A stretch of 64,000 bases of DNA. Origin: Lama guanicoe. Taxonomy: Eukaryota. Position 1 is the stretch's first letter. Each line of letters opens with the position of its first letter. Of this stretch, positions 11,402-24,328 are shown in pieces. The stretch is from assembly GCA_013239625.1 (NCBI GenBank), contig MU053881.1, forward strand, positions 16,174,373 to 16,238,372, read 5' to 3'. Below the pieces are notes generated by a model. The model ran no database searches, was not told the origin of the DNA, and was given only the letters and a program-made list of their open reading frames with translations. The position numbers were made by a program, and so were the translations under genes.

Positions 11402-12806
11402 TTTTTCTTTCTTTCTTTTTAAGATTCCTTTTTTTAAAAAAAAATTGAAGTATAATTGATTTACCGTATTGTGTTAGTTTCAGGTGCTCAATACAGCGAT
11501 TCAGTTATACATACACACATATATATAAATCTGTTCTTTTTCATATTCTTCTCCCTTATAGGTTATTACAAGATATTGATTATAGTTCCCTGTGCTATAT
11601 AGTAGGCCCTTGGTTTTTTAATCTATTTTACATATAGTAGTGTATATCTGTTAATCTCAAACTCCTAATTTATTTCTCCCTCCCTTTCCCCTTTGGTAAC
11701 CATAAGTTTGTTTTCTATGTCTGTGAGTTTATTTCTGTTTTGCAGATAAGTTCATTTGTGTCATTTTTTTCAGATTCCACATATGAGCAATATATGTGAT
11801 ATTTGTCTTTCTCTTTCTAACTTACTTCACTTAGTATGATAATCTCTAGGTCCATCCATGTTGTTGCAAATGGCATTATTTCACTCCTTTTATGGCTGAG
11901 TAACATTCCATTTGTATATGTATATACCATGTCTTCTTTATCCAGTCACCTGTTTATGGACATTTAGGTTGCTTCCATGTCTTGGCTATTGTAATAGTGC
12001 TGCTGTGAACATTGGGGTGCATGTATCTTCCAATTAGAGTTTCCTCTGAATGTATGCCGAGGAGCGGGATTGCTGGATCATATGGTAATACTATTTCTAG
12101 TTTTTTAAGGAGCCTCTTTAGTGTTTTCCATAGTGGCTGCACCAATTTACATTCCCCTCAACAGTGTAGGAGGGGTCTTTTTTCTCCATACCCTCTCCAG
12201 TGTTTATTATTTGTAGACTTTTTAATGGTAGCCATTCTGACCGGCGTGAGGTAATACCTCATTGTACTTTTGATTTGCGTTTCTCTAATAATTAGTGATG
12301 TTGAGCATCTTTTTATGTGCCTGTTGGCCATATGTATGTCTTCTTTGGAGAAATGTGTACTTAGGTCTTCTGCCCATTTTTTGATTGGGTTGTTTGTTTT
12401 TTGATATTGAGCTGTATGAGCTGTTTGTATATTTAGGGAATTAAGTCCTTGTCATGTGCATCTTTTGCAAAAATTTTCTCCCATTCTGTGGGTTGCCTTT
12501 TTATTTATCGTTCCCTTTGCTGTGTAAAAATTTAATTAGGTCCCATGTGTTTATTTTTGTTTTTATTTCCATTCCTCTCAGAGATGGATCCAAAAAGATA
12601 CTGCTGCAATTTATGTCCAAGAGTGTTCTGCTTATGCTTTGCTCTAGGAGTTTCAGAGTATCCAGTCTTACATTTAGGTCTTTAATCCATTTTGAATAGG
12701 TGGATTTTTCATTTTTGTAGATGGTGTTAGAAAGTGTACTAATTTCAGTCTTTTACATGCAGCCACCCATTTTAGTTTTCCCAGTGCCATTTATTAAAGA
12801 GACTGT
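11402..12806 (-). mobile_element. L1 3' fragment (end of ORF2, 3' UTR, poly-A), relatively well preserved
   Basis: Minus-strand ORF VQPLWKT...[12 protein letters not shown]...IAKTWKQPKCP is the L1 ORF2 C-terminus; T-rich tail at the left end. Confidence 0.92.
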
Positions 12807-13034
12807 CCTTGGGTCTTTTTTTCTGTCCAGCATGAGGCTTGGTGGATGATCTGTCCTGTCTCAGGGCTGCAGGGAGGGCTGTAAGGATGGAATGTAGCAT
12901 GGGAAGTGTCCCTGTATTAGCCATTCTGCCAGTGACCACATCCTAGGGGACTTTCTCGAGACTGACCCCTCCCCTGCTGTCCCATGGGGCTCTCCTGCTT
13001 GTGAAACTTACTACCCTCTGTCCTTTTGTTCCAG

Positions 13035-13143
13035 GTATACCTTTGGGAAACCTGTCTCGGGGACCTTAACGATCAACATGACTGTAAATGGCGTAGGGTA
13101 CTACAGCCAGGAGGTGGGGCGCCCTGCCCTCAGGACCACCAAG
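13035..13143 (+). CDS. CPAMD8: CPAMD8 local exon 7
   Basis: ttccag|(R)[36 protein letters not shown]|gtgagg; 109 nt, phase 2 to 0. Confidence 0.95.
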
Positions 13144-13409
13144 GTGAGGAGCAGGAACCCAAGCTGTCACCCAGTAGGTCCTTTCCCACACGGCCTGCCC
13201 CCACCTTCAGCTCTGTAATCATCTATCTTATTTTGCTTTCTAAAACAATTCAAATGGTGAGGGTTTTCCCGATGATAAAATTCCTGCGGGTCAAACCTAG
13301 AGACTTTAGAAAATATAAAAGAAGAAGAAATAAAAGTGATTTCTCCTCTGACAGGCAGACACAACCTCTGTTGATATTTTGCTGTGTTTCTTCCCAGCAC
13401 ATTGCATGT

Positions 13410-13935
13410 AAAGTTTAAAAAAAAAATGCCATACAATTCAAATACCCATATTGAGTGTATGATTCAATAGTTTTTAGAATATTCACAAAGTTGTGCATCC
13501 ACCACCACCATCCAATTATAGAGTATTTCCTCTGTCTCCACAAAATCTCTTATCTTCTTTTGAAATTAATCCTTGTTTCCATCCCCAGCCCCTGGCAACC
13601 ACTTACACAGCTTCTGTCTCTATGGATTTCTGGACATTTCATATAAATGCAATCATGCACCATATGGCCCTGTGTGTCTGGCTTCCTTCCCTCAGCATGA
13701 AGATCTCAATGTTTGTCCACCTTGTAGCGTGTATCAATACTTCCTCTCTTTTTATGACTGAGTAATGTTCCGTTGTGTGGATGGACCACATTTTGTCTAT
13801 CCACTCATCAGCTGGTGAACATTTGAGTTGCCTCTACTTTTTGGCTGTTATGGGTAATGCTATGAAATTAGTGTACAAGTTTTTGTGTGGCCTGATATCT
13901 TCATTTCTCTTGGATATGGAATTCCTGGGTTGTGT
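13410..13935 (-). mobile_element. Old L1 (L1M-type) 3' UTR fragment
   Basis: cccagcccctggcaaccac...tctgtctctatggattt...tatccactcatcagctggtgaacatttgagttg; appears to resume near 14595. Confidence 0.75.
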
Positions 13936-14356
13936 GGTGTGCATTTAAATGAAAATCACCAGAATAAGAACGAGCAAAGGCCATGTGTTCAGAGCTTGCT
14001 CTAGCAGGGGAGTCAGCCGCCATCATTTGTGTTTGGCTGGGACTCAGAGGCAGGTGGAGAAGTGGGAAAGCTTTATAGTCAAAGGAAAGGAAGGCTCCAG
14101 GTGTGCTGTGATGGGAAGCTTTTGGCGTGGGGCCGTCATGGGCGGGTGACTAGAAGCGGGCGTCCAGTGTGATTGGCGAAGGGTACATATTTGGCTTTTC
14201 CCAGTTGGTCCAAAGATGGAAATGGGGGCAAAAATCAGGGAAACTGTTAGTTATTAATCAAGTCCTGGCCGTTTGGGGCTGGTTGTTATGGAGATTACTG
14301 TTTGGTTGCTATAGAGATAGGGGTATGACTTCCTACAAGTCTGAGTTGTAGATAAA

Positions 14357-14478
14357 GTCAGCCCTCCGTGTCTGCAGGTTCCGCTTCCGTAGATTCAAAT
14401 GTTCCATTTGCAGTTGGTTGAATCCGTGGATAGGGAACTCGTGGATATGGAACCCACAAATACGAAGGGCCAGCTGTA
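14357..14478. mobile_element. Tigger/MER2-family MITE remnant
   Basis: Inverted termini gccctccgtgtctgcaggttcc / ggaacccacaaatacgaagggc, ending in ctgta; internal gattcaa / ttgaatc. Confidence 0.65.
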
Positions 14479-15366
14479 TGCATTGGCTTCCTTTGCTGGT
14501 GACTGTGGACAGCAGGTCAGAGTCCTCTTTTTCCATATTACCTGGCCCTCGTCCGTTTGTGTATTCAGTCTCTCAGTGGTGACCGTGGGTTGAGTTGTTT
14601 GAGGAATCACAGATTATTTTCCAAAGTGGCCGCGTGATTTCATATCCCGTGCGTGTGAAGTTTGATCACCTGGTTTTTGTTTTTCTTCTTCAACCTAATG
14701 TTGCCTTGTGAGTGGCCTGTGTTGTAGTGTGTGCACATGTGTCCTGGAGACTGTGCCTCTGTAGGGCCTCCAACACTGAACCTTGTCAGCACCACCTCCC
14801 TCCTGCCTCCACCCGAAGCTGCTTCCTCATCCCTTTGCTGCCTGGGATGTGTCCTTCCTCTCTGTCCTCGTGACTTCTCTTCTGTGGAGCGGACACCCTG
14901 GCCCCTCACCTCATCCTTGGTGTCCCAGCCGTTCTCCCTGGAGGCTATGCCTGGTGGCCCTTGTCTTAATTTTCTCCTTTATGGAATAATTCACTTCACA
15001 GCTGTTTGTGGACTTGGATTATTTGCTAATTATGCAGATAGGAGATATATGGGAAGGTTCCGTGCTCCGAGTGTGGGAGGGGAGCCAGTGCTCCAGAGTT
15101 CAAATCCTGGCCTTGCTGTCTGGCCCATGGAGTTGCCTCACCTTCTGCTCAAGGAGCCAGCCCTCCTCTTCCTAGGACATGGTGTATGTCCAGCGAGCCA
15201 TCCAGTCCCCACACAGTGGCCTATGGCGTAGGTCGAGTGGGTCACTGAGTGTCCCCCTGGCCCTCTAAGCAGCCGGGGAGGCACCTACTCGAGCCCAGTG
15301 TTTGAGACTGTCCCTCAGAGCCACTCCATCTCCGGGTGGGCACGACCGTGTGTTTCCTGCCCCCAG

Positions 15367-15594
15367 ATCCACGGCTCCCGGGACTTCAACATCTGCGTGA
15401 AGGACATGATCCCGGCCGACGTCCCCGAACACTTCCGGGGCACGGTCAGCATCTGGGCCATGGTGACCAGCGCAGATGGGAGCCAACAGGTGGCCTTTGA
15501 CGACTCCACACCTGTCCAGAGGCAGCTGGTGGACGTCCGATACTCCAAAGACACAAGGAAGCAGTTTAAGCCGGGTCTGTCCTACGTGGGGAAG
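15367..15594 (+). CDS. CPAMD8: CPAMD8 local exon 8
   Basis: cccag|[16 protein letters not shown]...[12 protein letters not shown]|gtaagc; 228 nt, phase 0 to 0. Confidence 0.95.
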
Positions 15595-16819
15595 GTAAGC
15601 CCGGGGCCTGGTGCCCAGCGGGGACTGTTGAAATCACTGCCTCCCACCCCAGCTCCCACCCGAGGACCACTGAAACCACTGCAGTGCGTGCCACGGGCCC
15701 CGAAACCATGGCTCGGCTGCAGACTGCGTCCTTTGATTGCGCCTGCATAACTTTTGCCCTCTTGACACCAAGGGGCTGCTTTGCTGAGCGTGGTGAGAGC
15801 TGCTACCCGGGGTGAGAGGCACTGAACGTTCTGCTCCACCTAAAAGCCTGGTTTACTTTATTCCGTGTGGTTAGACATTCCGGTACCTAGAGCATTAAAC
15901 CAAGATGCTCTGTATCCGTTTACTAAATCAGTTCCTCGAAAACAGTGCCTTCTTTAATTGGGTTGATTTATCTCTGGATGACCTAACATCCAAGTCCCTA
16001 GACACAGATCCCTGTCTCTAAGACAGACTGATTCAGATCCTCCTTGGGGAGGAGTATTTTGAACAAGCCCCTGCTTCCCTCCCATTCACCCCATCATTTT
16101 TGTATACAGTAAAGTTTGAGCTGACCAGAAATCTGAGATCTTTATCTTAATTACTAAACTGGGGCCTCTGGGTTTTAATTGAAATTGTAGGGTGCAAGGC
16201 CAGTGGAGCCGACTATCACCCTGAGGGACTCTGGCCATGCCCTCTGACCCCTGCCTCCACCCTGCACCCACACCCCATGCCCACTTGCCTTCCATGGGTC
16301 ACCCACAGGATCCTGGCGGTCTGTCCTCATGCTGTGTCCTGGGACTTCCCTTCTCTCCTCCGTGCTGAGGTCTCAGTGGGACTGCCCTCACTGTCCCATG
16401 TACAGAGACACAGCTTATGTGCCCCTGGCTTTGAGGGTCCCAGTCTGAGTAGCAGCTAAGGCTCCATGTGTCAGAATATGTACGAAGGAGGGGCTCCAGG
16501 CTGTCCATTCAGTGAAAGGGAAGTGTTTCACCTACAGCTGAGAAATGATCCACTACCTGCATTGAAGAATGGAGCTGAAGCTGGTCACACCATTCCCAAA
16601 TACCTGCACAGTTGAGGGGTGCTCCAGGGTTCTTCAGGAACCACTGACCATGTTTCTTTCACAACATCCACATCTTCTGAACCCCTCACGCTGACCACTT
16701 TTCTTACTGCCTGAGCAAGTGAGGTCTAACAGTCACATGGAACCATCTCTGACACTTCCCACCCCATTCCTACCCTGGTGTGGCACCAGGCAAATGGCAG
16801 CATCTGGTGATTTGTACCT

Positions 16820-17354
16820 TGTGACTTCTTGGCCAAGTCTAAGGTCATAAAAGTTGCCCACTCTGTTTTCTTCCAAGTGTTTTATAGTTCTAGCCATTAT
16901 CTTTAGGTCTCTGATCCGTTTTGAGTTTATTTTGGTATGTGGTGTGAGGTAGGGGTCCTGCTTCATTCTTTGGCATGTGGAGGTCCAGTTGTCCCAGAAC
17001 CATTTGTTGAAGGAATTATTCTTTCCCCACTGAATGGTCTTGGCAACCTTGTCAAAAATCAATTGACTCTAGATGTGTGGGTTTATTTCTGGACTCAATT
17101 TGATCCCCTTGGTCTCCATGTCTATCCTTATGCCAATATCACACTGTCTTGATTACTGTTCTTTTGTAGTAAGTTTTGAAATTGGAATGTGTGGGTTCTT
17201 TGTTCTTCTTTCTCAGGATTACTTTGGCTTTTCAGGGCACCTCACAATTCCCTCTGAATTTTAGCCTCAGATTGTTGACTGCTGCAAAGAAGGCAGCTGG
17301 GATTCCCGTGGGGCATTGGGTTGGGTCTGTAGATCAGTTTGGGGAGTGTTGCTA
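16820..17354 (-). mobile_element. L1 ORF2 fragment
   Basis: Minus-strand ORF IFDKVAKTIQWGKNNSFNKWFWDNW...DPYLTPHTKINSK. Confidence 0.9.
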
Positions 17355-17390
17355 CCCTCAACTCATTGAATCTTTGGTGACCTCTTCCAG

Positions 17391-17561
17391 GTGGAGCTGT
17401 CCTACCCAGATGGCAGCCCGGCTGAGGGGGTGACAGTCCAGATCAGGGCAGAGCTAACGCCGAAGGACAATATCTACACCACTGAATCTGTGTCCCGGGG
17501 TGGGCTGGTGGGGTTTGAAATCCCCTCCATCCCTATGTCAGCTCAGCACGTATGGCTGGAG
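17391..17561 (+). CDS. CPAMD8: CPAMD8 local exon 9 (MG4)
   Basis: ttccag|[14 protein letters not shown]...SAQHVWLE|gtgggt; 171 nt, phase 0 to 0. Confidence 0.95.
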
Positions 17562-17869
17562 GTGGGTGAGTCGCCAAGACCCTTGTGATTCAACCAGCAC
17601 GTGGGGACTTGGTGCCTCCCCTAGGCCCGCCCTTGCCAGAGGGAGTTCACAGTCTGATGGAGGAAGCTGATTGGGGATCAGATAACCCAGCAATCCTAGA
17701 GTGAGGGGGAGGCTGAGAAGAGGTGAGGGGATCTGGCTCCTCAAAAGGGATCTTCCAAGTGGACTCCTGACCAGGGGGAGGTTCAGCCAGGGTGCTTCCA
17801 GGAAAATGGAACAGCATGTGCAAAGACCCAGAGGTCCACAACCAAGGACACTTGTGTTCTCTGTGTTCC

Positions 17870-19010
17870 CTGTGGGCAACATATCCTTAAAGATTTTTAA
17901 TAACCAGAGATCTCCAGGCCACCCAGACTTTTTACCCACTGGCTACAAATTTGAGGGTTCCCACTACCCCACTACCTTACAATTAAAGATTTTTTTTAAT
18001 GATTGAAAGACATCCCTTAATTTCCATGGTCTTTTAGTGACAACAAACCCCCCAAATGACTACCACTACCAGAATTAGCTGAATAATTTTGTCTTTCATA
18101 GATAGCTGACTAAAAATCAGCATTTTCCAAAAATGTCACTTTGATGGAAAGACAGTTGATTTCAGTTACCAAATACTGCTTAGAAAAAGGTTTTTAATTT
18201 TTTTTAAAGAAGAACCAACTTTAAACTTTATTTTTAAATTTATGTGTATAATTAACATGTAGCATTATATTCATTTTGGGTGTTTAGTGTGATGAGTCAA
18301 TGTATATATTGTGAAATGATCAGCACAAGATGTCCAGTTAGCATCCATAGTTACCATTTTTGTTTCTTGTGATGAGACCCTTTAAGATCTATTCTCTTAG
18401 CAACTTTCTCAAATGTACGATGCAACAATGTTAACTATAGTCACCATGCAGCACGTGACATCCCCAGGACTGAGTTTATAACTGGAAGTTTGTATCTTTT
18501 GCAGTTACAGCTTTATTATAGCAAAATAATGCAAATTGGAACCAACCAAAGAGAGAGAGAGATGCATGCATAGGGTGAGAGCTGGGAGGGGCCCAAATCT
18601 GAAGCTTCCTGTGCTGTCTCTGAGGAGTCGGGACCCATCACCCTCCTGACAATACACACAGAGAACTGCCAGTGGGGATGCTCACTCATGCTTTGGGGTC
18701 CCCAGTTTTCACTGGAGTTTCATTGCATAGGCTTGATTGATGAATCATTGGCCCCATTGACAGAACTCAGTCTCCAGCCACCTCCCCTCCCTTGAGGTCA
18801 GGTTACTATCACATCACGTGGCCTTACAGCCCCGACCCTCTAATCCCATGGTTGGTCTTTCTGGCATGGCTGTCCCCATCCTGAATCATCTTGTTAGTAC
18901 GTATTATCAGGACCCACTGTGAATAGTGAAGCCATTCCCATCATTCAGGAGATTCCAGGGGTTTATAGGCTACCAAACATGGGCCAGTTGCTTTATTCTT
19001 TATCACACAG
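17870..19010. mobile_element. MER21-like ERV LTR pieces interrupted by an L1 3' UTR fragment (about 18230-18500)
   Basis: Shares blocks with 22340-23060 (cagttacag, gatgctcac, ctcagtctccagcc); family assignment by eye. Confidence 0.5.
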
Positions 19011-19608
19011 AGGTCTTAGCTACCCCATCCCTGCTTTTGGTGTCTCCCTTGTGTTAACCACACTTTTCCAGCAGCAAATGAAGGCAACAGATTCAAACTC
19101 CCAAAGGAGCAAGATTAATATAACCACCAGTCCCTGGGGGTTGCAGGGGTTGGTTGGAGAGTTCCGGGTGGAGCTGCATCCAAAACCTCAGGGATGTTGT
19201 TCAGCACAGCTACGCCCTCTCCAGACTGCCATCTCCTCTGAGTTCACATTCTAGGCAGGTTATTTCCTCCCAGAAGCCACCGGGGCTGCTGGCAAGCTCA
19301 AGACACGGGGTTACCTAACATGCTCGTGATGGAACTGTTTTTCGGCGGCCACGTGGGCCACTTGTCCTTGCCTGAGCCAACCCCCAATTCCCTGTGGCCA
19401 GTCTTGGACACTTGCTTCCCGTGGAGCTGGAGAGCAATGTACTAGTCACACTGGACCCCATTCTCTGAGAATTGGGGAGGGGGTTCCACAAAGGGAAACT
19501 GGAGCACAGGAGGGTCTTGCTGCAGGGCAGGGCAGACAGAAGCACCCAAGAGACCCCCCTTCCTGCACCAAGCGCCTAGGCCTTGACCAGGTTCTCTCTC
19601 TTCTTCAG

Positions 19609-19737
19609 ACCAAGGTGACGGCCCTCAGCGGAAAGCCCGTGGGGAGCCAGTACCTGCCCAGCTATCTCTCCCTCAGCAGCTGGTACTCCCCCAGCCAGTG
19701 CTACCTGCAGCTGCAGCTGCCCTCCCGCCCTCTGCAG
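19609..19737 (+). CDS. CPAMD8: CPAMD8 local exon 10
   Basis: ttcag|[17 protein letters not shown]...[19 protein letters not shown]|gtaaga; 129 nt, phase 0 to 0. Confidence 0.95.
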
Positions 19738-21651
19738 GTAAGACTTCCAGGTGTGCCCTTCCTGGGCAGGACGGGGTCCAGGAAGCAGCACACACGTGCC
19801 ACCAGGAGACCTGCACGTGCCCCAGCAGGGCTGATGCTGATGCTGGACGCTGGGCTCCCATCCCTCCAGCAAAGGGGGTATTCCACAGATTGAATGCCCA
19901 TAATTTATTTACACTGACCATTTAGGCCTTGGCCCATGTGATAAACATCACAACTGCCCTCAGGGTGCCATCACTCCCACACCTGAGATAGGACCCCGGC
20001 TGTTGGCCCTGGTTCCCCACTGTTTCGAGCTTCTTATGCAAAGGCACCAGAGTCACCCACCAGACACTTGCAGACACCCTGGGTGCAAAGGTGAGATGAA
20101 CTGAGAGCCGGCTCTCCTCTTAGTTCCTTCCAAGTCTTTTACTCCATGATCCCGATTTAAGTAAGATGCACGGAGATGTGTGTAGAAATATGGATCTGTA
20201 AATGCTGCGCAGAAAGTACGGAGAGTTCCCACATACTCACCTTCCCTGCACGCCGTTTCCCTGGTTATTAGCATCTGTTAAAATTGAGGAGCCGCGATCA
20301 ACACGTGATTACGAACTTAAGTCCGCAGTGTTCATCAGGGTTCACCTTGGTGGTGCCCATTTTATGACAGATGCACAGTGTCACATTCCCACCATTGCAC
20401 TGTCATCCAGAATAGTGTCACTTCCCCCCAAATCCTCTGTGCGCCGCCTTTTCCTCCCTCCATCCCTCCCTCTCCCTGACCCCTGGGGACCGCTGAGCTT
20501 TTCACCATCTTTATACTTTTGCCATTTCCAGAATATCATAGAGTCAGTGTCGTACAGTGTGTGGCCTTTTCAGACTGACTTCTTTCACTTAGCAATTTGC
20601 ATCGAATTTCTCCTCTGTGTCTTTTCATGACTTGAGAGCTCCTTTCATTTTCGTGGTGAATAATACTGCATTGGATGGTTTGGAGGAACTGTGATTTGTT
20701 TGCTCGCCTGTTGGACAGTATATATATATGTATGTATGTTTTATAAAAAGCAATCCATTAACCCTCCTTATTGACAGCGCGGAGGGTTGAGCCTGGCGGC
20801 CATGGGTGGTGACAGGTTTGCCAGCATTGCTTCTAATGGAAACTGCTTGCCGGGGTCTCCCAGGCCCTACCCGCCCCGTAAATCTCAGATACTCCCTCTC
20901 TGAGAGCGCTGCCCAGATCCGAGGCCACGAGGGGCTCCTGGGATGCAGCTCAGAGGAACTGAGGCGCCAGCTGCCTGTCCCCCAGGCTTAGTGGCCCTCC
21001 GTGGGGGTTATGTGAATGAGAAACTCCGATATCATGCCCAGCTTGGCTGAACATGCTGTTCTTGTTTAATGCTGTTCACCAGCGGTGCAGCGTGGGGATG
21101 CTGGCGTTGGCCGCCTTCCCATGGGAGCAGGAAGGAGTCCTGTGTCCCAGCTGCCGGCTGCAGTTCCCAGGAGGTGAGGACTTGGCTGGGCCACTCAGAC
21201 TTTCCTCTCGGAGAGACACCTCCATCCTGCTTGAGTCAGGTCAGCAGGCTCCAGCTCCCCCACCCCCTGCCCCAGACTGTCATCGAGGGGCCCAAGGTGT
21301 GACCTCAGGGCATTGAGACAAGAGTGGCTTGGTCTACTCCAGGCTCTGTGTTGGGGCCTTCTCCTCTTCTTCCAGCACCAAAAGACATGCAGGGAGGAGT
21401 TGCTCTGTAAATGGGGGCTGTCACCCCAATTTTTAGGGTTGCTCTAATGCTACAAGGTAGTTCATGAGAAGAAGAAAAAGGCTGGTACTCTTTCCTTCTT
21501 TCTTCCAACATCTCAGACAGAAGGGGACTTTTGTTTGGATGTTGTTATAAGGAGGATATTTATAAATTTAGAGAGAAATGAAAATAGTATGATAAATAAC
21601 CACATGCCTTTCATCTAGATTTATGAATTAATATTTCGCCTTCATCTCTAT

Positions 21652-21820
21652 ACCCACCCAGTCATCCATCTGCCTATCCACCCACCCATCCATCCATCCT
21701 CCACCCACCCATCCATCCATCCTCCACTCACCCATCCACCCATCCTCTACCCACCCATCCACCCATCCACTTACTCACCCATCTATCCATTCATCCACTC
21801 ACCTATTCTTCCATCCATTT
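21652..21820. repeat. (CCAT/CCAC)n degenerate microsatellite
   Basis: Seen directly. Confidence 0.9.
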
Positions 21821-22039
21821 CTCTCCACTTTTTTTGATTGCAACATTTGCAAGTAAGTTACAGATACCATGATGCTTCACTTTTAAATATTTGAGCATAA
21901 TATGTCTTAAAAATAAGGACATTCTTCAACATGACCTCAAGGTCATTGTTACATCTAAGAAAATTGTATTCACTCAATCATATTGTTTAACTCACAGGTA
22001 ATATTCAGAATTTCAGAGGTCTCCTCAAGATAGTTTGTA

Positions 22040-22215
22040 TATTGTGTGTACACACCTGCACAATCATGTGCACACGTGTGACTGTGCATGTGTATGCATA
22101 TCTTGCTTATGCATGTTTATGCATGTGCACATGTGTGTGCTCACCTGTGTGTGCATGTGTGCATGTTGCACTCGGAATCCATTTTTGAGTTGCATTTGGG
22201 TCTTCTGTGTGTGTA
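22040..22215. repeat. TG/TGCA-rich low-complexity tract
   Basis: Seen directly. Confidence 0.75.
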
Positions 22216-22339
22216 ACTGCTCTTGATCTGAAACAGTCCTTGTTCCTTGTCATAATCATGACCTTTGTCAAGAATCCAAGCCTGTGGTCTTGTAGATGAC
22301 CCTACATCTCACTGATGTTGGGATGGGACCAAGCCCCAG

Positions 22340-23060
22340 TTTCCCCCTCTGAAAACTTGGGGATTTTGATAAAGCCCAACTCACTGACTATACCTTCAAT
22401 GAGAAAGTCCAGCACACCGCTGGCACTGGCATCTACAAAGTTAGGGAATAGTCCCCAAGACCACCTTCCAGCCTGACACCAGTTGCAGAGTTTGGGGGCC
22501 ACCAAACCACTCTTAGTTTCTTTCATCTCTAGAGGGACTCACAGAATCGCTGGAAGCTGTCATACTCACAGTTACAGTTTAATACTGTGAAAGATACAGA
22601 TTAAATTCAGCCAAGGCAAGAGAATCATAAGGCAGGGTCCAGGCGACTTGTCCTCTTTTTCACAGAGTCAAGGACAGTTTTACTTTGCCAGCAACAAAGT
22701 ATGACTACATGCGTGGTGTACTGCCAATCAGGGATGCTCACCTGAGCCTCAATGTCAGCATTGCTTCTAATAGAAACCACTCGCCGATGGGTCTCTCCGG
22801 TTTTTATTGCGGGTCAGTCACATAGACATGGCTAACCACCTGCCTGGCTGACTTCAGTCTCAGCCCCTCCAGAAGTCAAACTGACACAGTGTGGCCCAAG
22901 TCCCCACCATAAGTTATACTGTTAGTATCTAGTGTGGCCCCAGACCCAGATAAACAAAGACTCATCAGGCAAGACATTTCAAGGCTTTAGTGATCACCTC
23001 CTGGGGGCAGGGGGAGAAGGCCAGACCTCTCTTTGGACGAGGTTCAGTTCTTTACAACAC
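22340..23060. mobile_element. MER21-like ERV LTR
   Basis: ccccaagaccacc...ggactcacagaa...catactcacagttacagttt...ttctttacaaca; family assignment by eye. Confidence 0.55.
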
Positions 23061-23320
23061 CTCGCTGAGAATTTCCATACCCTTATCACATTTCAGCCAC
23101 ATCACAGCCCCATTTACAGAGCATCAGCTGAGGCTGCCATGGGGATGTGGCCACAGCCAGGACCATATGCTGGGCACTCTGCTCTGAGGTCAGCGCTCGT
23201 CCCTCAGCTGTCCTGGTTTCCCTGTGGCCCCACAGTGGCCTTTTCCGCAGGACAGGCTGTGGTATTGGTGCCGGGCTGTGGGTGCCAGGCAGGGCTCCCC
23301 ATGCTGCCTATCTCTCATAG

Positions 23321-23504
23321 GTTGGGGAGGACGCCCATTTCCCTGTGAAGTCCACTTGTCCCTGCAACTTCACTCTGTACTATGAGGTGGCTGCGAGGGG
23401 CAACATCGTGCTCTCAGGCCAGCAACCTGCCCACATCACCCAGCAGAGAAGCAAGCGGGCAGCCCCGGAGAAACCCATTCGCTTAATGCACCTTTCCGAG
23501 ACAG
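23321..23504 (+). CDS. CPAMD8: CPAMD8 local exon 11 (MG5, contains RSKR)
   Basis: catag|[30 protein letters not shown]...HLSET|gtgagc; 184 nt, phase 0 to 1. Confidence 0.95.
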
Positions 23505-23701
23505 GTGAGCCAGACCACAGGCTGGAGGTTCCTGTTCTTCCTTCTCAACCACTGAGGCTGGGGTGGGCATCTCAGCAGGGAGGGATGAGCAGGGCGCAGC
23601 CAGGAGGGGAGACTGCCTCCAGGTGGAGGGCACATATCCCAGAAAAGATGGAGCTAGGGCCAGGAGGGTGGGCAGTGACCAGCAGCTGGAGGCAGCCCCT
23701 C

Positions 23702-23855
23702 TTTTTCTTTAATGTTTATTTTAGAATATTTATTTTTTATTTTTTGGAGGGTGAGGTCATTAGGTATTTATTTATTTTAATGGAGGTACTGGGGATTGAA
23801 CTCAGGACCTTGTGCACACCAAGCACACGCTCTACCACTGAGCTATACCCTCCCA
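23702..23855 (-). mobile_element. tRNA-Ala-derived SINE
   Basis: T-rich tail + tggaggtactggggattgaactcagg...ctaccactgagctataccctccc. Confidence 0.88.
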
Positions 23856-24129
23856 CCCCTGGAGGCAGCTCCTCTTGAGACCCTCCTCACTGCCTCTCTG
23901 CAGGGGATGGAGCAGTCCAGCCATGGCTAGGCCCCTACACGGGCCCACAATGTACCATGTTGCCATCTGCCAGCCCCGCTCTCTGCCTTTGCTCAGACTG
24001 ATTCCCCAGCTGGGAGTCCTTCCCCTCCCTCTCCCTGACCCCACGTGCTACTCACAAGACCCGCCTCCTCCCCCAGGTCTTTCCAGCCCCTTCCTCTTCA
24101 CAGCCCCCCTGCCTGAAGCAGGAAGGTGA

Positions 24130-24328
24130 GGACTCTGGACACTCGGGAGCAGGGAATTCTTTGTGGTGGGGGCCATCCTGTGCACTTTACAGTGCTGAGC
24201 AACATCCCTGATCTCCACCCACCAGATGCCAGGGGCCACCCACCCACACACAGAATGATGACCTGAAATGTCTCCAGATATCGCCAGTGTCTCTAGGGAG
24301 AAAGGTGACCCCTGGGTGAGAATCACTG
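24130..24328 (-). mobile_element. MER20-like element
   Basis: ggggccatcctgtgcact...acatccctg...ccaccagatgcca...aaatgtctccaga...gagaatcactg. Confidence 0.75.

Noticed and set aside
11954..12145. ORFs similar to reverse-transcriptase proteins (also 16733-17062)
   Set aside because: Short fragments of truncated, decayed L1 ORF2; not active genes
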